Positions 25,761 to 38,196 of a stretch of DNA of 64,000 bases are shown in pieces (position 1 is the first letter of the stretch; each line of letters starts with the position of its first letter). A program made the translations under genes and the position numbers. The stretch comes from Tricharina praecox (taxonomy: Eukaryota), in the NCBI RefSeq assembly GCF_024521635.1, contig NW_026250428.1, positions 372,001 through 436,000 on the forward strand, written 5' to 3'. The notes beneath the pieces are model-generated. The model did not search any database, was not told the DNA's origin, and was given only the letters and a program-made list of their open reading frames with translations.

Positions 25761-28007
25761 GCTATGAATGCCAGTGAACACGGATTACATTAAGATTATA
25801 TGCGCACTATGTCATATCTAATAAAGTAGCTGGTGAGAGGTAATGGGAGCGAGGTAGTTGCACCGAGCCTGTTACTAGGACTGCTGAAAGTATTGCGATG
25901 AGTGCGAATTGACATATCGATTGGTGATGGAACCAAGAAAAAAAGGCAATGGACTGCCTTCTTACTCCGCCAGGCTATGAGCCCGAGTTCAGAATCTGAG
26001 TGTGAACAGCTCTGTGGAAGTATTCAAATAGGGCAATAGTATTTCTTGTTTGTTCAATTGCATGCAGCCTATCTAGATTCTAGACTATATAGGTACCTAG
26101 TAGAGAGACCTCGCTGCCCAAAATATTATTGCTGGACCGAATTAATTACCTTCTTCTATCCTCCACATTACTCAACAGTATCCCATTCCCGAGAGGTCAT
26201 GGATGGTAAAACGGTTGAATAATGTGGTGGATAGAACAAGCTAATCAATTCGATACATACAGCAACAATATCGTGAGCAGCGAGATCTCTCCATATACAA
26301 GCTTCACGAACCAGGAATCTATTTGGGCATCGATCCCTTCGGAAAGTAAGTCCTAAGAGCGATCCCCAGCGCTCGAAAACCCCCCGCGTTCCTCGTCATC
26401 CCCGGACGTCCGATATTCTGAAATAACCCAATCCCGAGAGGTTCCCAGTTCCTCAACTCCCCTGATATGATGGCGACGTTTCCAAGCTTCCCATCCGTAT
26501 CTCGAATGAACGCGGCGCCGCAAATGTAGCACCAAACTCCAGCGCTCCACGATCCAGACCAGCAACGCATCGTGCGCGATTAAGAATTTGAAAGAACCCA
26601 TGACTTCGTGCGCGATTAAGAATCCGAAGGAACCCATGAGATCGGTATGAAGAAACCACCAGGAGGTTCCCGGTCGATTCGAACGTGAAGCTTGAAGGAG
26701 CACCTCAGCCCGAGCTGACCAACGGACGCGCGGGGACGGAGTTGTTTCGCCGATGATGGTCGAGCGAGCTGTGCGCACGGCTGGTAGGTATGCATCGTCG
26801 AAGTAGATGGCTGGTCGCTCGCGATGGGAGGATCGTATGCGTAGGATCGGTCGTGCGGGGTTGTCGACGGTTGTAGGTTTTGAGAGTCAAAGTTTTTTTT
26901 TACGCCGCATCATTTATCCCTGCCCATTAACTACATAGTTAGCGCAACATTAGAAACGCACACTCAGCTGTCCCTCCAGGCTCCGAGTTCATCCACCATC
27001 GCGAACTCCCCCACCAACCAGCAATCTCAGCTAAAAATGGCCTCGAATGTCAAGCACCGAGAGATGTGTACATAGGTACATATGTTCATGATATCAATGA
27101 CGTAAGTGAATTCATACCGAGTGTGACGGACTCACGTGACAGAGTGATGCGCAATGACCCAAGCTCGGAAGGCGTTGACGAAACTAAATGCTTTCTTCTC
27201 TATGTAAACCCCATCTGTTGCCCGCTTTTACTGTATGCCGTCATTTAGACTTCTTTAATACACTTGATTGAACATATAGATCCTCTTTTCTCGACGCTGC
27301 TACAAAAACCTTCCGTGTTTGTTCTCAATATGGACTCACGTCTGAGTTGCGGCAGCTTCACTGAAGTTTGAACAGAATCAAATGTATCTATACTATAGGA
27401 TATAGATATATAGATGTCTTTCCGCTCTTTTAGCTATATGCCTTTACTAAAGATAGTTCTATATAGAGCCTACACTGACTGCCGAAGTGGCTAGAAATAA
27501 GACCTTGACACGCCTTCCTCTGGCAGTCGAGTACGGTTAACCGTAGTCTGTCCAGTCAAATTCTCTGCAAAGTCTGCCACTCTTGATTGTAGACACGAAA
27601 TGGACCGGCAGCTGTAGTGTAATCTGGTTCTTCCCCAAAGACGGACCGGACGGACCATGGCGAGCATTGGTGATGTCTCGTTAGATTCCAGCTTCGGAGA
27701 TGTGGCTGTTGCCGTACTGCTAGGTAGTGTAGCGAAACCTCGGGCTGTGGTGGATTGACGCATACGGCTTTGGCTGCATGGCTTTGGCTGCATGCCTTTG
27801 CAACCTTGCTTCCCCGAAACCGTACGTAAGCCTCTGAGACCTACGTCCATCTGCCCAGGCTACATGGGCATTTCTTCTCCCGAACCCTTCTCTTTCCTAC
27901 CACATACATCGACACTCCCGCCTGCTTCCCTCCATCGTTCTCAGTCAATATCTGTCTTCTAATAGCCCCTACATTCAATCAACACCTCCAATCATTCAAA
28001 CAGCTCG

Positions 28008-29827
28008 ATGGACGGCACTATGATTTCTTCTTCGAATGAGGACGGCGTGGCCATCCTTATCTTGGAAACAGGCGACCAGCCATTCACTTCTGCAAAGGTC
28101 GACCATCAAAACTGCCCGTGCGCCAACGAAGGCAGCAGTGGAAGTGGCCTTGCCTCTCTCCCGGTGAGTTCATCTGTATACTTGTGTTCCCGGTTACTGT
28201 CGCTATTGCTGTTGCTGACACTACGAATAGGACGGCTCCAAGGCAACTTGCGCGAAAGAAGATGACGCAAAGACCGATCATGCTTCATCCCATGTAAGTA
28301 AATCTGCTCCTAGACCTGTTATTCTGCCTTAATGTCACCGTTGCTGCTGCTAACGCCACAGCCAGGATAACTCCCCAATCAATTCCACGGAGGAGCAAAA
28401 CCCCACCGTTTCCCCCGGAGGCTTGCAGGCCAATAGAAGTAAGCCCTCTCGTACTCTGGTGAGTCTCTCCGCCTCCTGTACTAGTTCCAAGAGCTCTTGC
28501 TGATTTATTTTTCTTTCGGAGATAGCACGCAGATATTGCCATTCCCGAACTCAAGGAGATGATCTGGAAGGCGGTAGTAGAGGGCAACACTTTCCACCAT
28601 AGCTCCCACGCTATCAGCATTCATTGGGAGGACGATGATACGAATGCTGAAAAGGATGTCAACACGTTTGCAAAATTGATGAGGATGATCGGCGTAGGCC
28701 ACTCCATCATCCAGCTCACCGAGAAGTCGCCTGATATCGCACTGCGCCAGGGCCTATTGGCTTGTCTTGGGGATCTGGCGAGTGTCGAAACGTCCCTTGC
28801 GATCATCCACTACGCGGGAAATGGGTCACTGAGTCCCACCGGGGACTTGATGCTGCGCTGTAGCCTCCGGGATGGCTCCGCTCACGTCATGTGGGAAGAT
28901 GCCCACGAATTCATGATTGACTGCAAGGGAGGATTCGAGAAACGAATATTTAAGAAGATGGATCTTTTGTGCGTTCTCGACTGCTGCTACAGCGGTACCG
29001 CCATCAGGAGGAATCCGTTCACTAATACTATACGAGCAATCAACATGTTGACTGCCTGTGCAGCAGACGATGCGAATGCGGAAGTACGAGGACGCTCGAT
29101 ATCCTTCACCGAACGCGTCGTGGGCCAGTGCTGGAACCAACTGAAGTCGGGTGCTAACGTCTTGGATTTCTTCGAGACGTACAGATGCATTCTCAAGCAG
29201 TCATTCGATGAGGAGCCCGTCTTCGGTAACTTGGGGGAAGGTCCGGTTGTGTTCACTATTGGCAGCGAATTCGTCAAGGCAATCACGTCCAGTCCAGTCG
29301 GCCCTAGCAATATTGTCGGGGCCTCAATCAAGGTACTGGCAGAATTTCATCTCTCAGCCGAAGCACCAGAAGTCCGCATATTCGTGGAATGAATGAAGAC
29401 ACTCGACCGAGATCTCTATCGTTTTCCCGTCACAGTGCTGTTCGCATGGCAGTCGAATTTAGGCTTCATCATTGCCGTAAGCGTTCCGTTCAGACTTTGG
29501 TGGCGGTTAAAGGATGTCCCTGCGGTTACTTTGATCGCCGAAACGGGCTTAATTATAGAGTGGCGGAGCCCGAGCATCATAACGGCCAGCCCCTCCGCCC
29601 CAGTTATTGATGGTGCAGACTCTCATGCCGACGAGCAGATCTCCGTTCTGGAGCTTATGGTTGACGAGAGACCTTCAGTCACGATCGGCGAGCAGCCCTC
29701 CGTCACAATCGCCGAGCAGCCCTCCGCCCCGCAGCTCACGGCCGACGATCAGCCCCCAGTCGCAATCGACGAGCAGCCCTCTGCCATAATGTATCGCCAC
29801 CCAATTGGGCGCCACCGTGGCTACTAA
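28008..29827 (+). pseudogene. Caspase-fold (peptidase C14/CHAT-like) protein gene with one in-frame TGA at 29390-29392; short 5' exons probable
   Basis: Motifs IHWEDDD..AEKDV, LAIIHYAGNG (His site reads Asn), DLLCVLDCCYSG, MLTAC and SFT. ORFs 28559-29392 and 29393-29827 are in the same frame. Upstream GT-AG introns near 28164, 28294 and 28459. C-terminal EQPS(V/A) tandem repeats. Confidence 0.65.
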
Positions 29828-30802
29828 AGTTCAGGACTCGAAGACTACCGACGATGACTAGGAAAACCGCACCTTTTAGTACTAAATGAGCTTTCTGCAG
29901 ATCGCATGAGGTAATGGAGTTGACATTTGCTAATAATGTTTTGTTTTTTACTTGCGCCGTTAGCAGTCGTGGTGAGAGGATGGAATAGGTAGTTAGATTT
30001 CCATTACGCTAGGGGCATTGGCAGAACTTGTTGGTGCGTGATGGAAGAGATGTGCTTTCTTTAGGTTGTTAGAAACGGACTAGATTTGAATGATTGGAAT
30101 CATTCATGAAAGTCATTGAGGAATGACTGTAGTCACTCGGCTGGATTGACTGAGAGTCAATCCGCGAATAGATAGCGAGTCATGTTCTGTGATTGTGACT
30201 CTTCACCACGAGATGGCCGGAATAAATTGCTTAGAGGCTGGCTACGCCAGACCATTTATCAGTACTTGGAGAAGTTTGGATTGAAGCTCATCGAATTGTA
30301 CAAACCTACTACTTCACTAGTATACTGCGATTGCTGCGGTACTTCGGATAGAGTACTGTGCGGCATCGGACATGAAGGACCTGTAATGCTGGCTACTGCA
30401 ATAATCAAGATATCATTTCCGGACTCCGTATTCGAACAGAAATCTCTCACTCGTAAGGCGTAAGCTACCAATAAGGATTACCTTCCTTCTATTTTATTCA
30501 AGAACGCAATCGACGCGTGTGATTTCTAAACCCTCGGGAAGCTTACTACAGCTCTCCTATAAAAGTTCAATACATTCCGCGACTACTGCCGTCTACGATC
30601 CTACGAATACAAGTAAAATCCCCAGCCACCACTACAGCCACCACAATGAGAATCAGAGCCCAAGACAAGAAACAAAGCAAAACCCCTGACAACGGCAGAG
30701 CTCGGACGCATACTCCGACCTAGAATTGCATATCGGAGGCTCTATAGAATACAGTAAAAGGCGAACGGGAAGCTCGGAAAAAGATAATTATAATAATACC
30801 CA

Positions 30803-30935
30803 CTATTTCGGTTTGTTCTTTGACCCCAATGGCCTTCCTCTCTTGCGCTTAGGAACTTTGGGCGCTGGTATCAGGGTTTTGGCTACCGGGGCTTCCTTGC
30901 GCTTGTTGAGATCTCGATGTCTCGGAGGTGGCACG
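30803..30935 (-). pseudogene. AT-hook-containing terminal coding fragment
   Basis: Reverse strand translates YVPPPRHRDLNKRKEAPVAKTLIPAPKVPKRKRGRPLGSKNKPK*. Confidence 0.5.
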
Positions 30936-31269
30936 TAGAAGGACACGAAGTGAATGAAGAAGAAGAAGATGTACTATTCAGCTACCTACGGAAGTGGAAG
31001 CAGAACGAGTGACTGTATATGTTGCCAAGCGACTGATAGCTCATGCAACCCTCGTGTCATGTCCATAGCCGGTGCCCAGGGCAGCCGGTCAGCGGGAACC
31101 CGTGCACTTTATAGGGGTCAGGGTGACAGGAGGTGAAGGTTACTGAATATCGGTAGCAGCCTGACTGTCATCGGAACTGAAGACGCTCTCAGAGTACTGC
31201 GAGTCTTCCTCGCTTTGTCGATTCCGAACCCGCGTTGCCGCCCCTTATGACTGGGTCATTCTCAGCGGC

Positions 31270-31790
31270 CTAGCCTGGTTCCTCGGGCGTTTTTCTTTCT
31301 TGCGACAACGCGGCAATCTCAGCAATGTCGATTTGCGGGTTCTCGAGAGCGTGGACCGTATCGCGAAGCACGCCGGTATATTCCTCGATGAGAGGCTGAT
31401 CGATCCACTGCAATAACTTCTTCTATCATGGTGTTTGGGGCCCCATGATTGCCACCAATTTCGCGGTATTCCGATTGGAAATTGACGGGCCTGCCGGCAA
31501 CCTCGTCCAGGGGCCCTCCAGTAATGCGGGAGCTCATGACCGTGGGTGACCTGGGGTCTACCGTCTCGGCTTCGTCCGCCGAATCGTCATTGTCCGTTCG
31601 ATCCCCACCAGCGGATTCAGCGAGCCGGGATAGGTATATCACGATCTTGTTCCGATCCGCCTTCGTCGGGTAGATCCCATTCGTGTAGTGCCTGTGCTCC
31701 GATGGGATTAGGTTCCATGCAAGCCAATTCCCTTCGTACTTTGTACATCTAGTTCGAGCTGGCTATTGCCCAAAGCTCATCGACTCCGGC
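31270..31790 (-). pseudogene. 5'-truncated, frameshifted paralog of the 59223-60712 orphan gene
   Basis: WLAWNL..SEHRHYTNGIYPTKADRNKIVIYLSR, GRPVNFQSEYREIGG and, in another frame, TGVLRDTVHALENPQIDIAEIAAL align with the 403-aa ORF. Confidence 0.8.
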
Positions 31791-31958
31791 CGTCTCTCAT
31801 GGTCTCATAAAAAAAGTGCAAATGCCACCAGGTCTGGCGGTAAAAAAAACAAAAAGGGAATTGGAATTAAGGAATGGTAAGGATACAAAAAAATACAGCA
31901 CAGGCAAAAAAAAAGATATTTTCCCCCACTATGCCACGTCCCCATCTTCGGCACCGCT

Positions 31959-33212
31959 TTACTCGTCAATAGTGAACGGAGCGGCCTCGGATCCGTCACC
32001 GGACTGGATCTTCGCGCCCGTTGGTGTGGACGGTCTGTTATCCATCTTCTTGGCCACATTCGCGAGGTGGGCCTTCTCGCTCTTGCTGAAAACGCGTGCC
32101 CTCGGAGATGGGGATCTTGAGGTGGAATCGACACCCCTCGCTGGCGGAAGAGATGACTTGGAACTTCTGTTGCTGTTCTTCGGGGATAGCGGAGGTGAAC
32201 CCTTCTTCTTGGGGGACGGCGTAGGGGAACCCTTCTTCTTCGGGGACGTGGGAGGCGAACTCTTCTTCTTGGGGGACAATGGAGGCGAGCCATTCTTCTC
32301 TGGGGATGGCGTAGGAGAACCCCTCTTCTTCGGCGACGGCGAGGGTGTCGTCAGGCCCCCGACGGCACCGTGAACGTCGGTACGCTCTTTGTCCGTATCT
32401 TCGACATCGCTCTCCTCATCAATACTGAAGGGTGCATTTTCGGATCCATCGCCGGACCGGATCTTCGCCCCCGTTGAGCTCCATGGCGGGACGTTCACAA
32501 GGAAAGGTGAAGCCTCCGATCCCTCTCCGGAGATGACACGAGCCCCCGTGGGCGCCCATGTAAACAGTCCGCTATCAATCATCTCCTCTGCCACTTGCGT
32601 AAGATAGGCTCTCTCGCTCTTGCTGAAAACGCGTGCCCTTGGGGATGGCGATCTTGAAATGCAGTCGACACCCCTCGCTGGCGAAAGAGGCGCCTTCGAA
32701 ATTCTGTTTCTGTTCGTTGGGGACGGCAGAGGCGAACCCTTCTTCTTGGGGGACGACAGAGGCGAACCTTTCTTCTTCGGAGACGGGGGAGGAGAACCTG
32801 GTTCTTGAAATGATTCAGTGGGGGTCAATACGGACAGTACCACTGCGCCGTCGAGCTTCTTGATGTACCCGTGAACGAGCTTGTATAGGTATTTCTCGAA
32901 TACCGAGTCGTAGATTAGCAACTCGTGATTGTCGAAGGAGCTGCGGTACCAAATCATCATATCCGGGGTCGAGCGCCCGGCGACGGCCAACACCTCGACC
33001 TCGAACTCCTCAAAAGTGAGCGAGGATGGGATCCTGCATGGGGTGCCGTTTACCACAGCATTGTAGCTGTCTCCAAACGTGGTGCGGACGTCTACGGACG
33101 TTGTAGGCTTCGCGGGCATGTTGAACATTACGATCTCGTCATCGCTGTCATCATCAACGGCGGTCACATTACTGTCACGTCCAGCCAGAGGCTCAGTGGT
33201 AATGCCCTTCAT
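31959..33212 (-). CDS. Orphan protein with a PB1/ubiquitin-like N-terminal segment and about ten SP(S/L)SPKKK-type repeats (likely ATG ~33212 within ORF 31959-33500)
   Basis: Long open frame with an internal duplication of (SPKKKGSP)n-RGVD..SRSPSPRARVFSKSE.A.L..VA..M..TGA.I.SGDGSE.APF.IDE. Confidence 0.55.
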   Translation of the reverse strand: MKGITTEPLAGRDSNVTAVDDDSDDEIVMFNMPAKPTTSVDVRTTFGDSYNAVVNGTPCRIPSSLTFEEFEVEVLAVAGRSTPDMMIWYRSSFDNHELLIYDSVFEKYLYKLVHGYIKKLDGAVVLSVLTPTESFQEPGSPPPSPKKKGSPLSSPKKKGSPLPSPTNRNRISKAPLSPARGVDCISRSPSPRARVFSKSERAYLTQVAEEMIDSGLFTWAPTGARVISGEGSEASPFLVNVPPWSSTGAKIRSGDGSENAPFSIDEESDVEDTDKERTDVHGAVGGLTTPSPSPKKRGSPTPSPEKNGSPPLSPKKKSSPPTSPKKKGSPTPSPKKKGSPPLSPKNSNRSSKSSLPPARGVDSTSRSPSPRARVFSKSEKAHLANVAKKMDNRPSTPTGAKIQSGDGSEAAPFTIDE

Positions 33213-33299
33213 CTTGAGTGACTTCACCGTCGTCAGCTTGAAAAATCCCGATAAGCTGGGTGACAATCTATGAACATACCGGAGCTTGATGTTTAAGAA

Positions 33300-33445
33300 C
33301 AAATGTGTGGTGAGAAGGATGTCTTGCGAAGAGGACGTGTGGTGAGAAGGATCTCTTGCGGAGAGGATATGTGGTGAGAAGGATCTCTTGCGAAGAGGAT
33401 GTGTTGCGAACAGGATGTGTTGTGAAGACGATGTGATGTGAAGAG
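33300..33445. repeat. ~30-bp tandem repeat (GAGGA.GTGTGGTGAGAAGGATCTCTTGCG) x4
   Basis: Units are directly visible. Confidence 0.75.
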
Positions 33446-34529
33446 GAAGAGAGAGAGTGTGAGCGGGCGGTGAAGTTTTCAAACTGGGAGGTGGCTTCAC
33501 GGGATTCGTTCCCAGTCACTAGCTTTTGATACTCGTTCAGCGGTCAACGGTCGTCGGAAAACACTAGTGCAAAACATCATCCACGATGGTCAATCGACTC
33601 ACTGCAGTTCAGACAGATGGCTAGCCCTAAATCCGTCATATTCACGATAGCACTGGCCATAGGAGGGTTTAGGGCACGCACGGATTACTACTGCCAAAGC
33701 CGTCGTGCCTATGAGTACCGCACCGTGTGATCGACCCCAGACAACCTCAAAAGCACCTTATCATAGTGTCTGTCTCTATTCTGTTTTAGTCGTACGATCA
33801 ACTCCTGCTTAGACGGCGGCGTTGACATATCCATACACCTTGTAGCAAAAAAAAGTCCCAAGACTGTCGACCCGGTGTCAGGCAATCCGAAACGGCGAGA
33901 GAAAGTGCACCGGTAGTTGCGGCTACTCGCGACGGTCTCTGAGTTCGGTCTGTGGGTACATAATGTATAATGTAGCTCAGAGAATCCACAAATCGTTGCG
34001 TGCAGTATCACCTCTCATTCCCGGTCCAATGCGCACGCTTCCTTCCGCTCACCACACATCACTCACCTGATCCAACCCACCGAAAACGCCGCCGTAGGCA
34101 CTGAACGTGTTACTTGGATATCGGAGGACTCAGGAGACTGCCCAGGACGGAGGAGCACCTCCTGGGCTGAACAGGGACTTTTCAATCCATGACGAGAAGC
34201 TCATAAATCAAATGACCAGGTTGGCAATTCTGGATGCCAAAATAGCATTACCTCCGGTTCACGAGAGATCTTCACAACTGGGGGCGGCATGGTGTTTTAG
34301 TGTTGACAGGAGCTAGGGACAGTCAAGCTCCGCCGCACGGGAAACGTCGAGACTCGAGATGATGCTCATGCTGTGCGGTGCCAAACTCGACCCGTGATGG
34401 TCGTTGAAAATCCAATCAGTTCCCCAGGTGCTGTTGCACCGCCGCAAGAGATTGCTGTACGTCACACCCACGACTAACCCGGGAGTGATGGTGCCTTTAT
34501 GGGGGGGTAAGCCATGCGACGAGCTCGGC

Positions 34530-34593
34530 CAGGGAGAGAGAAGAGAGAACATCAATTCATTATCGCATGCAACCTTACTAGACTATGGCCACC
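34530..34593 (-). mobile_element. Heavily 5'-truncated copy of the (TC)n-tailed short retroposon, with TSD
   Basis: Matches the 36217 copy (gagaacatcaatt.att.tcgcatgca.ccttactagactatggc). Flanked by GCGACGAGCTC at 34516-34526 and 34594-34604. Confidence 0.7.
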
Positions 34594-35269
34594 GCGACGA
34601 GCTCAGCACCGCGCAGTAAAAGTCCAAGCAGCAAATAAAATCGAGTGCTGAATGATGATTCGTTGGTTTGGAATGCGGGACTAAGACCTTTGGCGGCCCG
34701 GTAGTAGCAACACAGAGGATGATAACTGGAACAATATGTTGGAATAAGAGAGATGTAGATAGATGAAGGTAATACTTAAGATACTGAGGTTTTTGTACGA
34801 CTGGAAAAGCTCTCTATATAGGTCCTTCATCGCTTCCCTGATGTGATACTCTTTAAGAAGCCATTCTGATCAGCCTTTTTACTTCGCCCATTCGTTACAG
34901 TAAGTCTATTGCCAGTCCAAGGTGCCACCCCAACTGCCTTTCCTGGTCTCGTTCAAATCACTGGGTCTGGGTGTTGTCCTGGAAGGTAACCTGGACCATC
35001 TGATGTTTGTGTAGACGGCTCCTTTGCTAAAACGCCTCAAGGCCGACGGCGGGTCGAGATGAGATGACACACAGAAGAAAGAGGAGTTAGAGGTTGGTCG
35101 TCTATACTGTAGATGATGATCGAGAAAGAAGAAGAAGAAGAAGAGGAAGACGAAAACCCTGCCGGACCCACTCGGTCGACCCCGCCATGGCTGCCAACGT
35201 TGATGCCCACTACTAACCACATTCGTTTTCTCCCGCCGCCGCCAGGAATCCTCCTTCACGTTCTCCTCT

Positions 35270-35485
35270 TTGCGGACAGCTCCTCCTCTTACCGACAGCC
35301 CCTTCTCTCGCTGGTGCTCCTCGTCTTGCCGACAGTCCTTCCTCTCGCCGGTACTACTCCTCTTACCGACAGCCCTCCTCTGGCCGGTACTCCTCCTCTC
35401 GCCGGCAGCTCCCCCTCTTGCCGGCACTCCTCCTCTAACCGACAGCCCCTCCTCTCGCGGGTACTCCTCCTCTCGCCGGCAGCTC
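35270..35485. repeat. Tandem repeats (CTCCTCCTCT..CCG[A/G]CAG.C / CCGGTACT units)
   Basis: About ten short units are visible. Confidence 0.7.
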
Positions 35486-35489
35486 GGAG

Positions 35490-35725
35490 TGGCAACGGTC
35501 AACACCTCCACCTCGAAGTCGTCGAACAACGTGAGCCAAGATTGGATCTTGCACGGTATGCCGTTCACCACAGCATTGTAGCTGTCTCCAAACGTGGTGC
35601 GGACGTCTGCGGGCGTTGTCGGTTTCGCGGTGATGTCGAAAATTATCCTATTGTCATCGCAGTGACGCAGTCCTCTTCAACGACGGCAACATTACTGACA
35701 CATACAGCTAGAGGCTCTTTGGCCA
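35490..35725 (-). pseudogene. Diverged copy of the N-terminal (PB1-like) part of the SPKK gene (homologous to 32985-33200)
   Basis: DVRTTFGDSYNAVVNGIPCKIQSWLTLFDDFEVEVLTVA versus DVRTTFGDSYNAVVNGTPCRIPSSLTFEEFEVEVLAVA. Confidence 0.8.
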
Positions 35726-36212
35726 TGACCTCGTTACTGTCATGAGATTCTGAAGTATGCGTCATACTGGTTTCGCTTCCGGTGTGCTCTCCAGCGGCCA
35801 TAGGTGTGGTTTGGACGATGCGGAAGTTCGATCGTACGGACGGAAGGTTTGGTAGAGAGAGATAGAGGCGGAGAACAAGTGATTGAATCGACTGTCTACT
35901 TGGTTGGGAAACAAAAGAGCGGACAACATGGGCGGTTGATATATAGAATCAGAAACAGATACAGAGCTATGTAGAACGACACCTGTCTTCCAATCCTCGA
36001 GCTTTTCTCTTCCCTTATGGCGTATGCCCATTGCGAATGTCGATTGCACATGACCATTGCGTGTCATACTTTTCCCACATTACGCGTCCTGGCTTTTCAG
36101 TTTACCAGGCTGTGGCGACGTACTTTTCTTCAATAGGGAGGCAGTCAGATGAAGGCTCAGAGACTATCGCGCCAGCTTGCTGGTTGATATGATCTGTACT
36201 ATGCATCTTAAG

Positions 36213-36216
<4 letters not shown>

Positions 36217-36244
<28 letters not shown>

Positions 36245-36368
36245 ACATCAATTTATTGTCGCATGCAGCCTTACTAGACTATGGCGACCACCAGCTTCCC
36301 AACCTTTCATGCCAGCTCCGCAGGGTCAAGAGAAAGCTCTACCACCACGGCCCGATGCTGCGCCGGTT
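36217..36368 (-). mobile_element. (TC)14-tailed short non-LTR retroposon-like insertion (SINE or 5'-truncated LINE end) with 12-bp TSD
   Basis: ATCTTAAGTAAC at 36205-36216 and 36369-36380 flanks 152 bp. On the minus strand it ends ...AATAAATTGATGT(TC)14. Homologous copies at ~34530 and ~52383. Confidence 0.8.
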
Positions 36369-36943
36369 ATCTTAAGTAACTTCACCGTCGTCAGCTTGGA
36401 AAATCCGGATAAGCTGGGTGACAATCCATGAACATACCGGAGCTTTTCGATTGTGGAAAGCGGATTGGTTGATGATATCAGATCAGATAGGAGGTCTTCA
36501 ACGACGGCCACATTACTGTCACTCTTCTTCCGCGACGGCGAGGGTGTCGTCAGCCCCCCGACGGCACCGCGAACGTCGGTACGCTCTTTGTCCGTATCTT
36601 CGACATCGCTCTCCTCATCAATACTGAAGGGTGCATTTTCGGATCCATCGCCGGACCGGATCTTCGCCCCCGTTGAGCTCCATGGCGGGACGTTCACAAG
36701 GAAAGGTGAAGCCTCCGATCCCTCTCCGGAGATGACACGAGCCCCCGTGGGCGCCCATGTAAACAGTCCGCTATCAATCATCTCCTCTGCCACTTGCGTA
36801 AGATAGGCTCTCTCGCTCTTGCTGAAAACGCGTGCCCTTGGGGATGGCGATCTTGAAATGCAGTCGACACCCCTCGCTGGCGAGAGAGGTGACTTGGAAA
36901 TTTCGGTTCTGTTCTTTGGGGACAGCAGAGGCGAGCCCTTCTC
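36369..36943 (-). pseudogene. Rearranged partial duplicate of the SPKK gene (36369-36445 = 33211-33287; 36522-36943 = 32323-32743)
   Basis: A near-identical ~360-bp block plus short blocks in changed order. Confidence 0.85.
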
Positions 36944-38196
36944 ATGGGACCTAGGCCCAATGTGTCGGAAGAACCACCCCCCAGGTGGCTCCTCCAGGAA
37001 CTTGCGTACGATTCCCGAACAGGGGCCGAGGCCTAATGTGCTGAGAAGAACCATGGGGTTCCTCGGCGAACATTCGCACTATTTCCGAACGGAACTCGGT
37101 GATTTCGGCTTCGTTTTGCGTTGCTGAAAAACGCAGGCCCGCTGGGTCGCAGTAGCCATGTGAGGTAACCTTGGTGGAACAACGGGATTCGGCTGGGTGA
37201 AGGGGAGCCAGGATTTTGAAAGGATCGTATTTCGGCCGTGTACGTTCGGATGGCTTCCTATTGGAAGGTGGAGGTATTCGTCGAAGCGATAGAGAATAAT
37301 GATATTGTTGGGGGAAGACTGGTTGTCGATGGTGGAGTGGTATTTGTGTCTGTCTGGTTTACAAAGGAACCCAGAGATATAGAACGCACACCTCCGACAC
37401 TAACAAGGGCAAACCCCAAGGGTTCCACGCACCAAACCCTCGTATCTTGCACGTGATTCTGAACCTTGTTCCATAGCTGATATGTCTTACCGCCGCTAAC
37501 TAATGCGAAAGCAGATATTCGGAATGCTAACCGGGAACCAATCAGCATTTCTAGGAGCGAAGCTCTACAAGTATGGTGTGTAATTAATAGAAGGATTTTA
37601 CACTGCAGAGAGAGATTTTTAGTGCGGTTTACATCACTATCATCCTCCGTATGGACTTCCGCCATTCTCGGTCACACGATGGCAGATATCACTCACGGCG
37701 ATGTTAATATTGTCCGTCCACAGTCTATCACTCGGTTCTTCGCATTTAAGGACATTCCCGAAGTATCCAGGCAAAAACATTTCGCCATAGTCTAGATAGG
37801 CTGCATGCGAAATAAAACAGGAACATCTCTCTCTCAGGCAAAAAGAATAGATAAAGGCGGGCGTATTACGTACATAGGTCGCATGCAATTGAAGATTAAA
37901 CGAAAGAAAAACCATCAAACCACACAACGTCCCATGAAGTATTTATCACAGAAAGCCATGCAGCTCGCACAGGTCAACAGCAGTGATTCTGGTGAGTTCA
38001 TCACTTATCCGGCCACCCTGAGAGAACACACTATCGAGACATACTTTCACGGCAGTCAAACTGTCAGATCACACCCCGTTCCATTCATCGGTCATCGGAC
38101 ATCCGGTACTCTATATAAAATTATCCCGGCCATTCTCCCAGCAAATCCAAAGCAAAAAAACAAACACGCAAGTACACAGGTAGGTCTTCCAGCTGC

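Noticed and set aside
27240..27480. RIP-mutated tract (TpA-rich patch; also 26060-26110)
   Set aside because: Too short to judge by eye, and the near-identical duplicate 32323/36522 shows no excess of C-to-T changes.
33300..35485. CRISPR-like arrays
   Set aside because: The tandem units lack unique spacers, there are no cas genes, and the context is eukaryotic; these are minisatellites.
36300..36366. tRNA-derived head in the short retroposon (GTGGTGGTAGAGC resembles an A box)
   Set aside because: No convincing B box or cloverleaf; left as an untested possibility and not called a tRNA.
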